NCBI GenBank assembly: GCA_964016885.1
Contig: OZ024743.1
Location: 117,366,001 to 117,430,000 of the forward strand
Direction of reading: 5' to 3'
DNA from: Eledone cirrhosa
Lineage: Eukaryota
DNA length: 64,000 bases
Shown in pieces: positions 10,340 through 23,323 of this stretch; the stretch's first letter is position 1; every line of letters starts with the position of its first letter. The translations under genes and the position numbers were made by a program. The notes under the pieces were generated by a model that saw nothing but the letters and a program-made list of their open reading frames with translations, searched no databases and was not told the origin of the DNA.

Positions 10340-10412
10340 ATCCGGCTAGCTCAGTCGGTAGAGCAGGAGACACTTAATCTCAGAGTCCAGGGTTCGTGTC
10401 CAACGTTGGGTG
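10340..10412 (+). pseudogene. trnK: tRNA-Lys(CTT) pseudogene U9
   Basis: Array Lys consensus. Confidence 0.85.
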
Positions 10413-10807
10413 AAAATGGTATTGTTTCCATGATATGTTTTATAAAATTGACATTAATATTAATATTACGAAATAATTATATGGTACATTCATGTATCAT
10501 GATCAATTGATATTCACCCTAAATATCTAATAGCAAAGCGAAATTTTCAGTGAGTTTTCAAAACATTCTTATATATTTATGAAATTATTTTGCTATAGGT
10601 ATGATATGAATTTTCTAATATTAATTTTAGTATATAGAACTTGCAACAGGAATAAGCAAGTTCCATTCAAATATTTATGTTTTACATAAAAATTACTCGT
10701 TTCTAAATCATAAATGATTATATTTCTCGAAGTATTTGTTTAATATAAATATATTGTGGCGATACTGATGTAATTATGACGTCAAATGGAGAGTCACTGG
10801 CTGTACA

Positions 10808-10880
10808 GCCGAAATAGCTCAGTTGGGAGAGCGGTAGACTGAAGATCTGAAGGTCTCCTGTTCAATCCCGGGTTTCGGCA
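10808..10880 (+). tRNA. trnF: tRNA-Phe(GAA) U9
   Basis: T27G, A42G, C49T. Confidence 0.7.
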
Positions 10881-11186
10881 TGCAGATTTATTATTTTCTC
10901 AAATATTTCTAATGATTTTGATAGAGAACTATATATGATTTAAACAACAATTAATCGAATGGTTCCTTTGTCAGTCATCAAAAAGTCACTTTTATTTTAG
11001 TAGACACCAAATAATACCAACTATCAGCAAAACGTCATATAGTTCTGGTGTGTTTTTGAACATTTAGTTCCGATTCAATAAAAGAGGAATATAAAACGAC
11101 AAAATCAGCTATTCAGTTTATCAATTCAAATAATGTGTTGAACATTCTAAACGAAACTGTCTATATATGAACGTATGGCAAGAGCT

Positions 11187-11192
11187 GTCTCT

Positions 11193-11226
<34 letters not shown>

Positions 11227-11260
11227 TGAAAGGTTGGTGGTTCAAGTCCACCCAGGGACG
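11187..11260 (+). tRNA. trnN: tRNA-Asn(GTT) U9
   Basis: Consensus, intact. Confidence 0.92.
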
Positions 11261-11598
11261 TAATAGTCTAATTTTGCTTTAGAAACATTACTAAAAAATC
11301 TGTATATTTAGGTTTACAGCTTGCATTTAGAATTATTTGTAACACTAATACATGTTTCTATATATTACCCTGATAAAGATTAATTTTGCTTTACGTTACC
11401 TAAACCATTTCATCTCTACTGGATTGTATTTCACCAAAAATCTTCATATTTCTATCTTAAACGAACACTGATCATCATCTGATGGAACATATAAAGTGTA
11501 TGTTATAAAAAAAATTCAAATGTTTTAACAATCTAAAGTAGATTATATTTATGTTTGTTTAAGTTCTTTCGTAAATATACATTCAGCACGCACCATTG

Positions 11599-11671
11599 AT
11601 CCGTCTAGCTCAGTCGGTAGAGCAGGAGTCACTTAATCTCAGAGTCCAGGGTTCGTGTCCAACGTTGGGTG
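11599..11671 (+). pseudogene. trnK: tRNA-Lys(CTT) pseudogene U10
   Basis: Plus G6T, A31T. Confidence 0.85.
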
Positions 11672-12065
11672 AAAATGGTATAGTTTCCATGATATGTTTT
11701 ATAAAATTGACATTAATATTAATATTACGAAATAATTATATGGTACATTCATGTATCATGATCAATTGATATTCACCCTAAATATCTAATAGCAAAGCGA
11801 AATTTTCAGTGAGTTTCAAAACATTCTTATATATTTATGAAATTATTTTGCTATAGGTATGATATGAATTTTCTAATATTAATTTTAGTATATAGAACTT
11901 GCAACAGGAATAAGCAAGTTCAATTCAAATATTTATGTTTTACATAAAAATTACTCGTTTCTAAATCATAAATGATTATATTTCTCGAAGTATTTGTTTA
12001 ATAAAAATATATTGTGACGATACTGATGTAATTATGACGTCAAATAGAGAGTCACTAGACGTACA

Positions 12066-12137
12066 GCCGATATAGCTCAGTTGGGAGAGCGTTAGACTGA
12101 AAATCTAACGTCCCCTGTTCAATCCCGGGTTTCGGCA
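12066..12137 (+). tRNA. trnF: tRNA-Phe(GAA) U10, degenerate
   Basis: A6T, G37A, 4-nt variable loop CGTC. Confidence 0.65.
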
Positions 12138-12443
12138 TGCAGACGTATTATTTTCTGAATTATTTCTAATGATTTTGATAGAGAACTATATATGATTTAA
12201 ATAACAATTAATCGAATGGTTCATTTGTCAGTCATCAAAAAGTCACTTTTATTTTAGTAGACACCAAAGAATTCCAACTATCAGCAAAACGTCATATAGT
12301 TCAGGTGTGTTTTTGAACATTTAGTTCCGATTCAATAAAAGAGGAATATTAGACGACAAAATCAGCTGTTCAGTTTATCAATTCAAATAATGTGTTGAAC
12401 ATTCTAAACGAAATTGTCTATATATGAATGTTTTGCATGAGCT

Positions 12444-12449
12444 GTCTCT

Positions 12450-12483
<34 letters not shown>

Positions 12484-12517
12484 TGAAAGGTTGGTGGTTC
12501 AAGTCCACCCAGGGACG
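12444..12517 (+). tRNA. trnN: tRNA-Asn(GTT) U10
   Basis: Consensus, intact. Confidence 0.92.
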
Positions 12518-12855
12518 TAATAGTCTACTTTTGCTTTAGAAACATTACTAAAAAATCTGTATATTTAGGTTTACAGCTTGCATTTAGAATTATTTGTAAC
12601 ACTAATACATGTTTCAATATATTACCCTGATAAAGATTACTTTTGCTATACGTTACCTAAACCATTTCATCACTACTGGATTGTATTTCACCAAAAATCT
12701 TCATATTTCTATGTTAAACGAACACTGATCATCATCTGATGGAACATATAAAGTTTACGTTATAAAAAAAATTGAAATGTTTTAACAATCTAAAGTAGAT
12801 TATATTTATGTTTGTTTAAGTTCTTTCGTAAATATACATTCAGCACGCACCATTG

Positions 12856-12928
12856 ATCCGTCTAGCTCAGTCGGTAGAGCAGGAGACACTTAATCTCAGA
12901 GTCCAGGGTTCGTGTCCAACGTTGGGTG
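12856..12928 (+). pseudogene. trnK: tRNA-Lys(CTT) pseudogene U11
   Basis: Plus G6T. Confidence 0.85.
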
Positions 12929-13323
12929 AAAATGGTATAGTTTCCATAATATGTTTTATAAAATTGACATTAATATTAATATTACGAAATAATTATATGG
13001 TACATTCATGTATCATGATCAATTGATATTCACCCTAAATATCTAATAGCAAAGCGAAATTTTCAGTGAGTTTTCAAAACATTCTTATATATTTATGAAA
13101 TTATTTTGCTATAGGTATGATATGAATTTTCTAATATTAATTTTAGTATATAGAACTTGCAACAGGAATAAGCAAGTTCCATTCAAATATTTATGTTTTA
13201 CATAAAAATTACTCGTTTCTAAATCATAAATGATTATATTTCTCGAAGTATTTGTTTAATATAAATATATTGTGACGATACTGATGTAATTATGACGTCA
13301 AATAGAGAGTCACTAGACGTACA

Positions 13324-13395
13324 GCCGAAATAGCTCAGTTGGGAGAGCGTTAGACTGAAAATCTAACGTCCCCTGTTCAATCCCGTGTTTCGGCA
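13324..13395 (+). tRNA. trnF: tRNA-Phe(GAA) U11, degenerate
   Basis: G37A, 4-nt variable loop, G64T. Confidence 0.65.
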
Positions 13396-13701
13396 TGCAG
13401 ACGTATTATTTTCTGAATTATTTCTAATGATTTTGATAGAGAACTATATATGATTTAAATAACAATTAATCGAATGGTTCATTTGTCAGTCATCAAAAAG
13501 TCACTTTTATTTTAGTAGACACCAAAGAATTCCAACTATCAGCAAAACGTCATATAGTTCAGGTGTGTTTTTGAACATTTACTTCCGATTCAATAAAAGA
13601 GGAATATTAGACGACAAAATCAGCTATTCAGTTTATCAATTCAAATAATGTGTTGAACATTCTAAACGAAATTGTCTATATATGAATGTATAGTAAGAGC
13701 T

Positions 13702-13707
13702 GTCTCT

Positions 13708-13741
<34 letters not shown>

Positions 13742-13775
13742 TGAAAGGTTGGTGGTTCAAGTCCACCCAGGGACG
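13702..13775 (+). tRNA. trnN: tRNA-Asn(GTT) U11
   Basis: Consensus, intact. Confidence 0.92.
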
Positions 13776-14113
13776 TAATTGTCTACTTTTGCTTTAGAAA
13801 CATTACTAAAAAATCTGTATATTTAGGTTTACAGCTTGCATTTAGAATTATTTGTAACACTAATACATGTTTCAATATATTACCCTGATAAAGATTAATT
13901 TTGCTTTACGTTACCGAAACCATTTCATCTCTACTGGATTGTATTTCACAAAAAATCTTCATATTTCTATCTTAAACGAACACTGATCATCATCTGATGG
14001 AACATATAATGTGTATGTTATAAAAAAAATTCAAATGTTTTAACAATCTAAAGTAGATTATATTTATGTTTGTTTAAGTTCTTTCGTAAATATACATTCA
14101 GCACGCAACATTG

Positions 14114-14186
14114 ATCCGGCTAGCTCAGTCGGTAGAGCAGGAGACACTTAATCTCAGAGTCCAGGGTTCGTGTCCAACGTTGGGTG
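14114..14186 (+). pseudogene. trnK: tRNA-Lys(CTT) pseudogene U12
   Basis: Array Lys consensus. Confidence 0.85.
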
Positions 14187-14394
14187 AAAATGGTATTGTT
14201 TCCATGATATGTTTTATAAAATTGACATTAATATTAATATTACGAAATAATTATATGGTACATTCATGTATCATGATCAATTGATATTCACCCTAAATAT
14301 CTAATTGCAAAGCGAAATTTTCAGGGAGTTTTCAAAGCATTCTTATATATTCATGAAATTATTTAATCTCAAATAGAGAGTCACTAGTTGTACA

Positions 14395-14467
14395 GCCGAA
14401 ATAGCTCATTTGCGAGAGCGTTAGACTGAAGATCTAAAGGTCCCCTGTTCAATCCCGGGTTTCGGCA
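14395..14467 (+). tRNA. trnF: tRNA-Phe(GAA) U12 (short unit), A-box damaged
   Basis: G15T, G19C. Confidence 0.65.
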
Positions 14468-14773
14468 TGCAGACTTATTATTTTCTCAAATATTTCTAAT
14501 GATTTTGATAGAGAACTATATATGATTTAAATAACAATTAATCGAATGGTTCCTTTGTCAGTCATCAAAAAGTCACTTTTATTTTAGTAGAAACCAAATA
14601 ATACCAACTATCAGCAAAACGTCATATAGTTCAGGTGTGTTTTTGAACATTTAGTTCCGATTCAATAAAAGAGGAATATTAGACGACAATATCAGCTATT
14701 GAGTTTAACAATTCAAATAATGTGTTGAACATTCTAAACGAAACCGTCTATATATGAATGTATAGTAAGAGCT

Positions 14774-14779
14774 GTCTCT

Positions 14780-14813
<34 letters not shown>

Positions 14814-14847
14814 TGAAAGGTTGGTGGTTCAAGTCCACCCAGGGACG
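14774..14847 (+). tRNA. trnN: tRNA-Asn(GTT) U12
   Basis: Consensus, intact. Confidence 0.92.
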
Positions 14848-15185
14848 TAATTGTCTACTTTTGCTTTAGAAACATTACTAAAAAATCTGTATATTTAGGT
14901 TTACAGCTTGAATTTAGAATTATTTGTAACACTAATACATGTTTCAATAAATTACCCTGATAAAGATTAATTTTGCTTTACGTTACCTAAACCATTTCAT
15001 CTCTACTGGATTGTATTTCACCAAAAATCTTCATATTTCTATCTTAAACGAACACTGATCATCATCTGATGGAACATATAAAGTGTATGTTATGAAAAAA
15101 ATTCAAATGTTTTAACAATCTAAGGTAGATTATATTTATGTTTGTTTAAGTTCTTTCGTAAATATACATTCAACACGCACCATTG

Positions 15186-15258
15186 ATCCGGCTAGCTCAG
15201 TCGGTAGAGCAGGAGACACTTAATCTCAGAGTCCAGGGTTCGTGTCCAACGTTGGGTG
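15186..15258 (+). pseudogene. trnK: tRNA-Lys(CTT) pseudogene U13
   Basis: Array Lys consensus. Confidence 0.85.
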
Positions 15259-15653
15259 AAAATGGTATTGTTTCCATGATATGTTTTATAAAATTGACAT
15301 TAATATTAATATTACGAAATAATTATATGGTACATTCATGTATCATGATCAATTGATATTCACCCTAAATATCTAATAGCAAAGCGAAATTTTCAGTGAG
15401 TTTTCAAAACATTCTTATATATTTATGAAATTATTTTGCTATAGGTATGATATGAATTTACTAATATTAATTTTAGTATATAGAACTTGCAACAGGAATA
15501 AGCAAGTTCAATTCAAATATTTATGTTTTACATATAAATTACTCGTTTCTAAATCATAAATGATTATATTTCTCGAAGTCTTTGTTTAATATAAATATAT
15601 TGTGGCGATACTGATGTAATTATGACGTCAAATAGAGAGTCACTTGCTGTACA

Positions 15654-15726
15654 GCCGAAATAGCTCAGTTGGGAGAGCGTTAGACTGAAGATCTAAAGGT
15701 CCCCTGTTCAATCACGGGTTTCGGCA
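15654..15726 (+). tRNA. trnF: tRNA-Phe(GAA) U13, B-box damaged
   Basis: C61A. Confidence 0.65.
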
Positions 15727-16032
15727 TGCAGACTTATTATTTTCTCAAATATTTCTAATGATTTTGATAGAGAACTATATATGATTTAAATAACAATTAA
15801 TCGAATGGTTCCTTTGTCAGTCATCAAAAAGTCACTTTTATTTTAGTAGACACCAAATAATACCAACTATCAGCAAAACGTCATATAGTTCAGGTGTGTT
15901 TTTGAACATTTAGTTCCGATTCAATAAAAGAGGAATATTAGACGACAATATCAGCTATTCAGTTTATCAATTCAAATAATGTGTTGAACATTCTAAACGA
16001 AACCGTCTATATATGAATGTATAGTAAGAGCT

Positions 16033-16038
16033 GTCTCT

Positions 16039-16072
<34 letters not shown>

Positions 16073-16106
16073 TGAAAGGTTGGTGGATCAAGTCCACCCA
16101 GGGACG
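16033..16106 (+). tRNA. trnN: tRNA-Asn(GTT) U13
   Basis: T54A. Confidence 0.75.
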
Positions 16107-16444
16107 TAATTGTCTACTTTTGCTTTAGAAACATTACTAAAAAATCTGTATATTTAGGTTTACAGCTTGCATTTAGAATTATTTGTAACACTAATACATG
16201 TTTCAATATATTACCCTGATAAAGATTAATTTTGCTTTACGTTACCTAAACCATTTCATCTCTACTGGATTGTATTTCACCAAAAATCTTCATATTTCTA
16301 TCTTAAACGAACACTGATCATCATCTGATGGAACATATAAAGTGTATGTTATAAAAAAAATTCAAATGTTTTAACAATCTAAAGTAGATTATATTTATGT
16401 TTGTTTAAGTTCTTTCGTAAATATACATTCAGCACGCAACATTG

Positions 16445-16517
16445 ATCCGGCTAGCTCAGTCGGTAGAGCAGGAGACACTTAATCTCAGAGTCCAGGGTTC
16501 GTGTCCAACGTTGGGTG
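16445..16517 (+). pseudogene. trnK: tRNA-Lys(CTT) pseudogene U14
   Basis: Array Lys consensus. Confidence 0.85.
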
Positions 16518-16725
16518 AAAATGGTATTGTTTCCATGATATGTTTTATAAAATTGACATTAATATTAATATTACGAAATAATTATATGGTACATTCATGT
16601 ATCATGATCAATTGATATTCACCCTAAATATCTAATTGCAAAGCGAAATTTTCAGTGAGTTTTCAAAGCATTCTTATATATTCATGAAATTATTTAATCT
16701 CAAATAGAGAGTCACTAGTTGTACA

Positions 16726-16798
16726 GCCGAAATAGCTCATTTGCGAGAGCGTTAGACTGAAGATCTAAAGGTCCCCTGTTCAATCCCGGGTTTCGGCA
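16726..16798 (+). tRNA. trnF: tRNA-Phe(GAA) U14 (short unit), A-box damaged
   Basis: G15T, G19C. Confidence 0.65.
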
Positions 16799-17104
16799 TG
16801 CAGACTTATTATTTTCTCAAATATTTCTAATGATTTTGATAGAGAACTATATATGATTTAAATAACAATTAATCGAATGGTTCCTTTGTCAGTCATCAAC
16901 AAGTCACTTTTATTTTAGTAGAAACCAAATAATACCAACTATCAGCAAAACGTCATATAGTTCAGGTGTGTTTTTGAACATTTAGTTCCGATTCAATAAA
17001 AGAGGAATATTAGACGACAATATCAGTTATTGAGTTTATCAATTCAAATAATGTGTTGAACATTCTAAACGAAACCGTCTATATATGAATGTATAGTAAG
17101 AGCT

Positions 17105-17110
17105 GTCTCT

Positions 17111-17144
<34 letters not shown>

Positions 17145-17178
17145 TGAAAGGTTGGTGGTTCAAGTCCACCCAGGGACG
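17105..17178 (+). tRNA. trnN: tRNA-Asn(GTT) U14
   Basis: Consensus, intact. Confidence 0.92.
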
Positions 17179-17516
17179 TAATTGTCTACTTTTGCTTTAG
17201 AAACATTACTAAAAAATCTGTATATTTAGGTTTACAGCTTGCATTTAGAATTATTTGTAACACTAATACATGTTTCAATATATTACCCTGATAAAGATTA
17301 ATTTTGCTTTACGTTACCGAAACCATTTCATCTCTACTGGATTGTATTTCACAAAAAATCTTCATATTTCTATCTTAAACGAACACTGATCATCATCTGA
17401 TGGAACATATAATGTGTATGTTATAAAAAAAATTCAAATGTTTTAACAATCTAAAGTAGATTATATTTATGTTTGTTTAAGTTCTTTCGTAAATATACAT
17501 TCAGCACGCAACATTG

Positions 17517-17589
17517 ATCCGGCTAGCTCAGTCGGTAGAGCAGGAGACACTTAATCTCAGAGTCCAGGGTTCGTGTCCAACGTTGGGTG
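17517..17589 (+). pseudogene. trnK: tRNA-Lys(CTT) pseudogene U15
   Basis: Array Lys consensus. Confidence 0.85.
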
Positions 17590-17797
17590 AAAATGGTATT
17601 GTTTCCATGATATGTTTTATAAAATTGACATTAATATTAATATTACGAAATAATTATATGGTACATTCATGTATCATGATCAATTGATATTCACCCTAAA
17701 TATCTAATTGCAAAGCGAAATTTTCAGGGAGTTTTCAAAGCATTCTTATATATTCATGAAATTATTTAATCTCAAATAGAGAGTCACTAGTTGTACA

Positions 17798-17870
17798 GCC
17801 GAAATAGCTCATTTGCGAGAGCGTTAGACTGAAGATCTAAAGGTCCCCTGTTCAATCCCGGGTTTCGGCA
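17798..17870 (+). tRNA. trnF: tRNA-Phe(GAA) U15 (short unit), A-box damaged
   Basis: G15T, G19C. Confidence 0.65.
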
Positions 17871-18176
17871 TGCAGACTTATTATTTTCTCAAATATTTCT
17901 AATGATTTTGATAGAGAACTATATATGATTTAAATAACAATTAATCGAATGGTTCCTTTGTCAGTCATCAAAAAGTCACTTTTATTTTAGTAGACACCAA
18001 ATAATACCAACTATCAGCAAAACGTCATATAGTTCAGGTGTGTTTTTGAACATTTAGTTCCGATTCAATAAAAGAGGAAAATTAGACGACAATATCAGCT
18101 ATTCAGTTTATCAATTCAAATAATGTGTTGAACATTCTAAACGAAACCGTCTATATATCAATGTATAGTAAGAGCT

Positions 18177-18182
18177 GTCTCT

Positions 18183-18216
<34 letters not shown>

Positions 18217-18250
18217 TGAAAGGTTGGTGGTTCAAGTCCACCCAGGGACG
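18177..18250 (+). tRNA. trnN: tRNA-Asn(GTT) U15
   Basis: Consensus, intact. Confidence 0.92.
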
Positions 18251-18588
18251 TAATTGTCTACTTTTGCTTTAGAAACATTACTAAAAAATCTGTATATTTA
18301 GGTTTACAGCTTGCATTTAGAATTATTTGTAACACTAATACATGTTTCAATATATTACCCTGATAAAGATTAATTTTGCTTTACGTTACCTAAACCATTT
18401 CATCTCTACTGGATTGTATTTCACCAAAAATCTTCATATTTCTATCTTAAACGAACACTGATCATCATCTGATGGAACATATAAAGTGTATGTTATGAAA
18501 AAAATTCAAATGTTTTAACAATCTAAGGTAGATTATATTTATGTTTGTTTAAGTTCTTTCGTAAATATACATTCAACACGCACCATTG

Positions 18589-18661
18589 ATCCGGCTAGCT
18601 CAGTTGGTAGAGCAGGAGACACTTAATCTCAGAGTCCAGGATTCGTGTCCAACGTTGGGTG
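18589..18661 (+). pseudogene. trnK: tRNA-Lys(CTT) pseudogene U16
   Basis: Plus C17T, G53A. Confidence 0.85.
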
Positions 18662-19056
18662 AAAATGGTATTGTTTCCATGATATGTTTTATAAAATTGA
18701 CATTAATATTAATATTACGAAATAATTATATGGTACATTCATGTATCATGATCAATTGATATTCACCCTAAATATCTAATAGCAAAGCGAAATTTTCAGT
18801 GAGTTTTCAAAACATTCTTATATATTTATGAAATTATTTTGCTATAGGTATGATATGAATTTACTAATATTAATTTTAGTATATAGAACTTGCAACAGGA
18901 ATAAGCAAGTTCAATTCAAATATTTATGTTTTACATATAAATTACTCGTTTCTAAATCATAAATGATTATATTTCTCGAAGTCTTTGTTTAATATAAATA
19001 TATTGTGGCGATACTGATGTAATTATGACGTCAAATAGAGAGTCACTTGCTGTACA

Positions 19057-19129
19057 GCCGAAATAGCTCAGTTGGGAGAGCGTTAGACTGAAGATCTAAA
19101 GGTCCCCTGTTCAATCACGGGTTTCGGCA
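19057..19129 (+). tRNA. trnF: tRNA-Phe(GAA) U16, B-box damaged
   Basis: C61A. Confidence 0.65.
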
Positions 19130-19435
19130 TGCAGACTTATTATTTTCTCAAATATTTCTAATGATTTTGATAGAGAACTATATATGATTTAAATAACAAT
19201 TAATCGAATGGTTCCTTTGTCAGTCATCAAAAAGTCACTTTTATTTTAGTAGACACCAAATAATACCAACTATCAGCAAAACGTCATATAGTTCAGGTGT
19301 GTTTTTGAACATTTAGTTCCGATTCAATAAAAGAGGAATATTAGACGACAATATCAGCTATTCAGTTTATCAATTCAAATAATGTGTTGAACATTCTAAA
19401 CGAAACCGTCTATATATCAATGTATAGTAAGAGCT

Positions 19436-19441
19436 GTCTCT

Positions 19442-19475
<34 letters not shown>

Positions 19476-19509
19476 TGAAAGGTTGGTGGATCAAGTCCAC
19501 CCAGGGACG
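19436..19509 (+). tRNA. trnN: tRNA-Asn(GTT) U16
   Basis: T54A. Confidence 0.75.
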
Positions 19510-19847
19510 TAATTGTCTACTTTTGCTTTAGAAACATTACTAAAAAATCTGTATATTTAGGTTTACAGCTTGCATTTAGAATTATTTGTAACACTAATAC
19601 ATGTTTCAATATATTACCCTGATAAAGATTAATTTTGCTTTACGTTACCTAAACCATTTCATCTCTACTGGATTGTATTTCACCAAAAATCTTCATATTT
19701 CTATCTTAAACGAACACTGATCATCATCTGATGGAACATATAAAGTGTATGTTATAAAAAAAATTCAAATGTTTTAACAATCTAAAGTAGATTATATTTA
19801 TGTTTGTTTAAGTTCTTTCGTAAATATACATTCAGCACGCAACATTG

Positions 19848-19920
19848 ATCCGGCTAGCTCAGTCGGTAGAGCAGGAGACACTTCATCTCAGAGTCCAGGG
19901 TTCGTGTCCAACGTTGGGTG
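19848..19920 (+). pseudogene. trnK: tRNA-Lys(CTT) pseudogene U17
   Basis: Plus A37C. Confidence 0.85.
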
Positions 19921-20128
19921 AAAATGGTATTGTTTCCATGATATGTTTTATAAAATTGACATTAATATTAATATTACGAAATAATTATATGGTACATTCA
20001 TGTATCATGATCAATTGATATTCACCCTAAATATCTAATTGCAAAGCGAAATTTTCAGTGAGTTTTCAAAGCATTCTTATATATTCATGAAATTATTTAA
20101 TCTCAAATAGAGAGTCACTAGTTGTACA

Positions 20129-20201
20129 GCCGAAATAGCTCATTTGCGAGAGCGTTAGACTGAAGATCTAAAGGTCCCCTGTTCAATCCCGGGTTTCGGC
20201 A
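20129..20201 (+). tRNA. trnF: tRNA-Phe(GAA) U17 (short unit), A-box damaged
   Basis: G15T, G19C. Confidence 0.65.
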
Positions 20202-20507
20202 TGCAGACTTATTATTTTCTCAAATATTTCTAATGATTTTGATAGAGAACTATATATGATTTAAATAACAATTAATCGAATGGTTCCTTTGTCAGTCATC
20301 AAAAAGTCACTTTTATTTTAGTAGAAACCAAATAATACCAACTATCAGCAAAACGTCATATAGTTCAGGTGTGTTTTTGAACATTTAGTTCCGATTCAAT
20401 AAAAGAGGAATATTAGACGACAATATCAGCTATTGAGTTTAACAATTCAAATAATGTGTTGAACATTCTAAACGAAACCGTCTATATATGAATGTATAGT
20501 AAGAGCT

Positions 20508-20513
20508 GTCTCT

Positions 20514-20547
<34 letters not shown>

Positions 20548-20581
20548 TGAAAGGTTGGTGGTTCAAGTCCACCCAGGGACG
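20508..20581 (+). tRNA. trnN: tRNA-Asn(GTT) U17
   Basis: Consensus, intact. Confidence 0.92.
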
Positions 20582-20919
20582 TAATTGTCTACTTTTGCTT
20601 TAGAAACATTACTAAAAAATCTGTATATTTAGGTTTACAGCTTGAATTTAGAATTATTTGTAACACTAATACATGTTTCAATAAATTACCCTGATAAAGA
20701 TTAATTTTGCTTTACGTTACCTAAACCATTTCATCTCTACTGGATTGTATTTCACCAAAAATCTTCATATTTCTATCTTAAACGAACACTGATCATCATC
20801 TGATGGAACATATAAAGTGTATGTTATGAAAAAAATTCAAATGTTTTAACAATCTAAGGTAGATTATATTTATGTTTGTTTAAGTTCTTTCGTAAATATA
20901 CATTCAACACGCACCATTG

Positions 20920-20992
20920 ATCCGGCTAGCTCAGTCGGTAGAGCAGGAGACACTTAATCTCAGAGTCCAGGGTTCGTGTCCAACGTTGGGTG
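20920..20992 (+). pseudogene. trnK: tRNA-Lys(CTT) pseudogene U18
   Basis: Array Lys consensus. Confidence 0.85.
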
Positions 20993-21387
20993 AAAATGGT
21001 ATTGTTTCCATGATATGTTTTATAAAATTGACATTAATATTAATATTACGAAATAATTATATGGTACATTCATGTATCATGATCAATTGATATTCACCCT
21101 AAATATCTAATAGCAAAGCGAAATTTTCAGTGAGTTTTCAAAACATTCTTATATATTTATGAAATTATTTTGCTATAGGTATGATATGAATTTACTAATA
21201 TTAATTTTAGTATATAGAACTTGCAACAGGAATAAGCAAGTTCAATTCAAATATTTATGTTTTACATATAAATTACTCGTTTCTAAATCATAAATGATTA
21301 TATTTCTCGAAGTCTTTGTTTAATATAAATATATTGTGGCGATACTGATGTAATTATGACGTCAAATAGAGAGTCACTTGCTGTACA

Positions 21388-21460
21388 GCCGAAATAGCTC
21401 AGTTGGGAGAGCGTTAGACTGAAGATCTAAAGGTCCCCTGTTCAATCACGGGTTTCGGCA
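21388..21460 (+). tRNA. trnF: tRNA-Phe(GAA) U18, B-box damaged
   Basis: C61A. Confidence 0.65.
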
Positions 21461-21766
21461 TGCAGACTTATTATTTTCTCAAATATTTCTAATGATTTTG
21501 ATAGAGAACTATATATGATTTAAATAACAATTAATCGAATGGTTCCTTTGTCAGTCATCAAAAAGTCACTTTTATTTTAGTAGACACCAAATAATACCAA
21601 CTATCAGCAAAACGTCATATAGTTCAGGTGTGTTTTTGAACATTTAGTTCCGATTCAATAAAAGAGGAATATTAGACGACAATATCAGCTATTCAGTTTA
21701 TCAATTCAAATAATGTGTTGAACATTCTAAACGAAACCGTCTATATATGAATGTATAGTAAGAGCT

Positions 21767-21772
21767 GTCTCT

Positions 21773-21806
<34 letters not shown>

Positions 21807-21840
21807 TGAAAGGTTGGTGGATCAAGTCCACCCAGGGACG
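21767..21840 (+). tRNA. trnN: tRNA-Asn(GTT) U18
   Basis: T54A. Confidence 0.75.
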
Positions 21841-22178
21841 TAATTGTCTACTTTTGCTTTAGAAACATTACTAAAAAATCTGTATATTTAGGTTTACAGC
21901 TTGCATTTAGAATTATTTGTAACACTAATACATGTTTCAATATATTACCCTGATAAAGATTAATTTTGCTTTACGTTACCTAAACCATTTCATCTCTACT
22001 GGATTGTATTTCACCAAAAATCTTCATATTTCTATCTTAAACGAACACTGATCATCATCTGATGGAACATATAAAGTGTATGTTATAAAAAAAATTCAAA
22101 TGTTTTAACAATCTAAAGTAGATTATATTTATGTTTGTTTAAGTTCTTTCGTAAATATACATTCAGCACGCAACATTG

Positions 22179-22251
22179 ATCCGGCTAGCTCAGTCGGTAG
22201 AGCAGGAGACACTTAATCTCAGAGTCCAGGGTTCGTGTCCAACGTTGGGTG
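22179..22251 (+). pseudogene. trnK: tRNA-Lys(CTT) pseudogene U19
   Basis: Array Lys consensus. Confidence 0.85.
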
Positions 22252-22459
22252 AAAATGGTATTGTTTCCATGATATGTTTTATAAAATTGACATTAATATT
22301 AATATTACGAAATAATTATATGGTACATTCATGTATCATGATCAATTGATATTCACCCTAAATATCTAATTGCAAAGCGAAATTTTCAGTGAGTTTTCAA
22401 AGCATTCTTATATATTCATGAAATTATTTAATCTCAAATAGAGAGTCACTAGTTGTACA

Positions 22460-22532
22460 GCCGAAATAGCTCATTTGCGAGAGCGTTAGACTGAAGATCT
22501 AAAGGTCCCCTGTTCAATCCCGGGTTTCGGCA
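22460..22532 (+). tRNA. trnF: tRNA-Phe(GAA) U19 (short unit), A-box damaged
   Basis: G15T, G19C. Confidence 0.65.
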
Positions 22533-22838
22533 TGCAGACTTATTATTTTCTCAAATATTTCTAATGATTTTGATAGAGAACTATATATGATTTAAATAAC
22601 AATTAATCGAATGGTTCCTTTGTCAGTCATCAACAAGTCACTTTTATTTTAGTAGAAACCAAATAATACCAACTATCAGCAAAACGTCATATAGTTCAGG
22701 TGTGTTTTTGAACATTTAGTTCCGATTCAATAAAAGAGGAATATTAGACGACAATATCAGTTATTGAGTTTATCAATTCAAATAATGTGTTGAACATTCT
22801 AAACGAAACCGTCTATATATGAATGTATAGTAAGAGCT

Positions 22839-22844
22839 GTCTCT

Positions 22845-22878
<34 letters not shown>

Positions 22879-22912
22879 TGAAAGGTTGGTGGTTCAAGTC
22901 CACCCAGGGACG
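22839..22912 (+). tRNA. trnN: tRNA-Asn(GTT) U19
   Basis: Consensus, intact. Confidence 0.92.
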
Positions 22913-23250
22913 TAATTGTCTACTTTTGCTTTAGAAACATTACTAAAAAATCTGTATATTTAGGTTTACAGCTTGAATTTAGAATTATTTGTAACACTAA
23001 TACATGTTTCAATATATTACCCTGATAAAGATTAATTTTGCTTTACGTTACCTAAACCATTTCATCTCTACTGGATTGTATTTCACCAAAAATCTTCATA
23101 TTTCTATCTTAAACGAACACTGATCATCATCTGATGGAACATATAAAGTGTATGTTATGAAAAAAATTCAAATGTTTTAACAATCTAAGGTAGATTATAT
23201 TTATGTTTGTTTAAGTTCTTTCGTAAATATACATTCAACACGCACCATTG

Positions 23251-23323
23251 ATCCGGCTAGCTCAGTCGGTAGAGCAGGAGACACTTAATCTCAGAGTCCA
23301 GGGTTCGTGTCCAACGTTGGGTG
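23251..23323 (+). pseudogene. trnK: tRNA-Lys(CTT) pseudogene U20
   Basis: Array Lys consensus. Confidence 0.85.
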
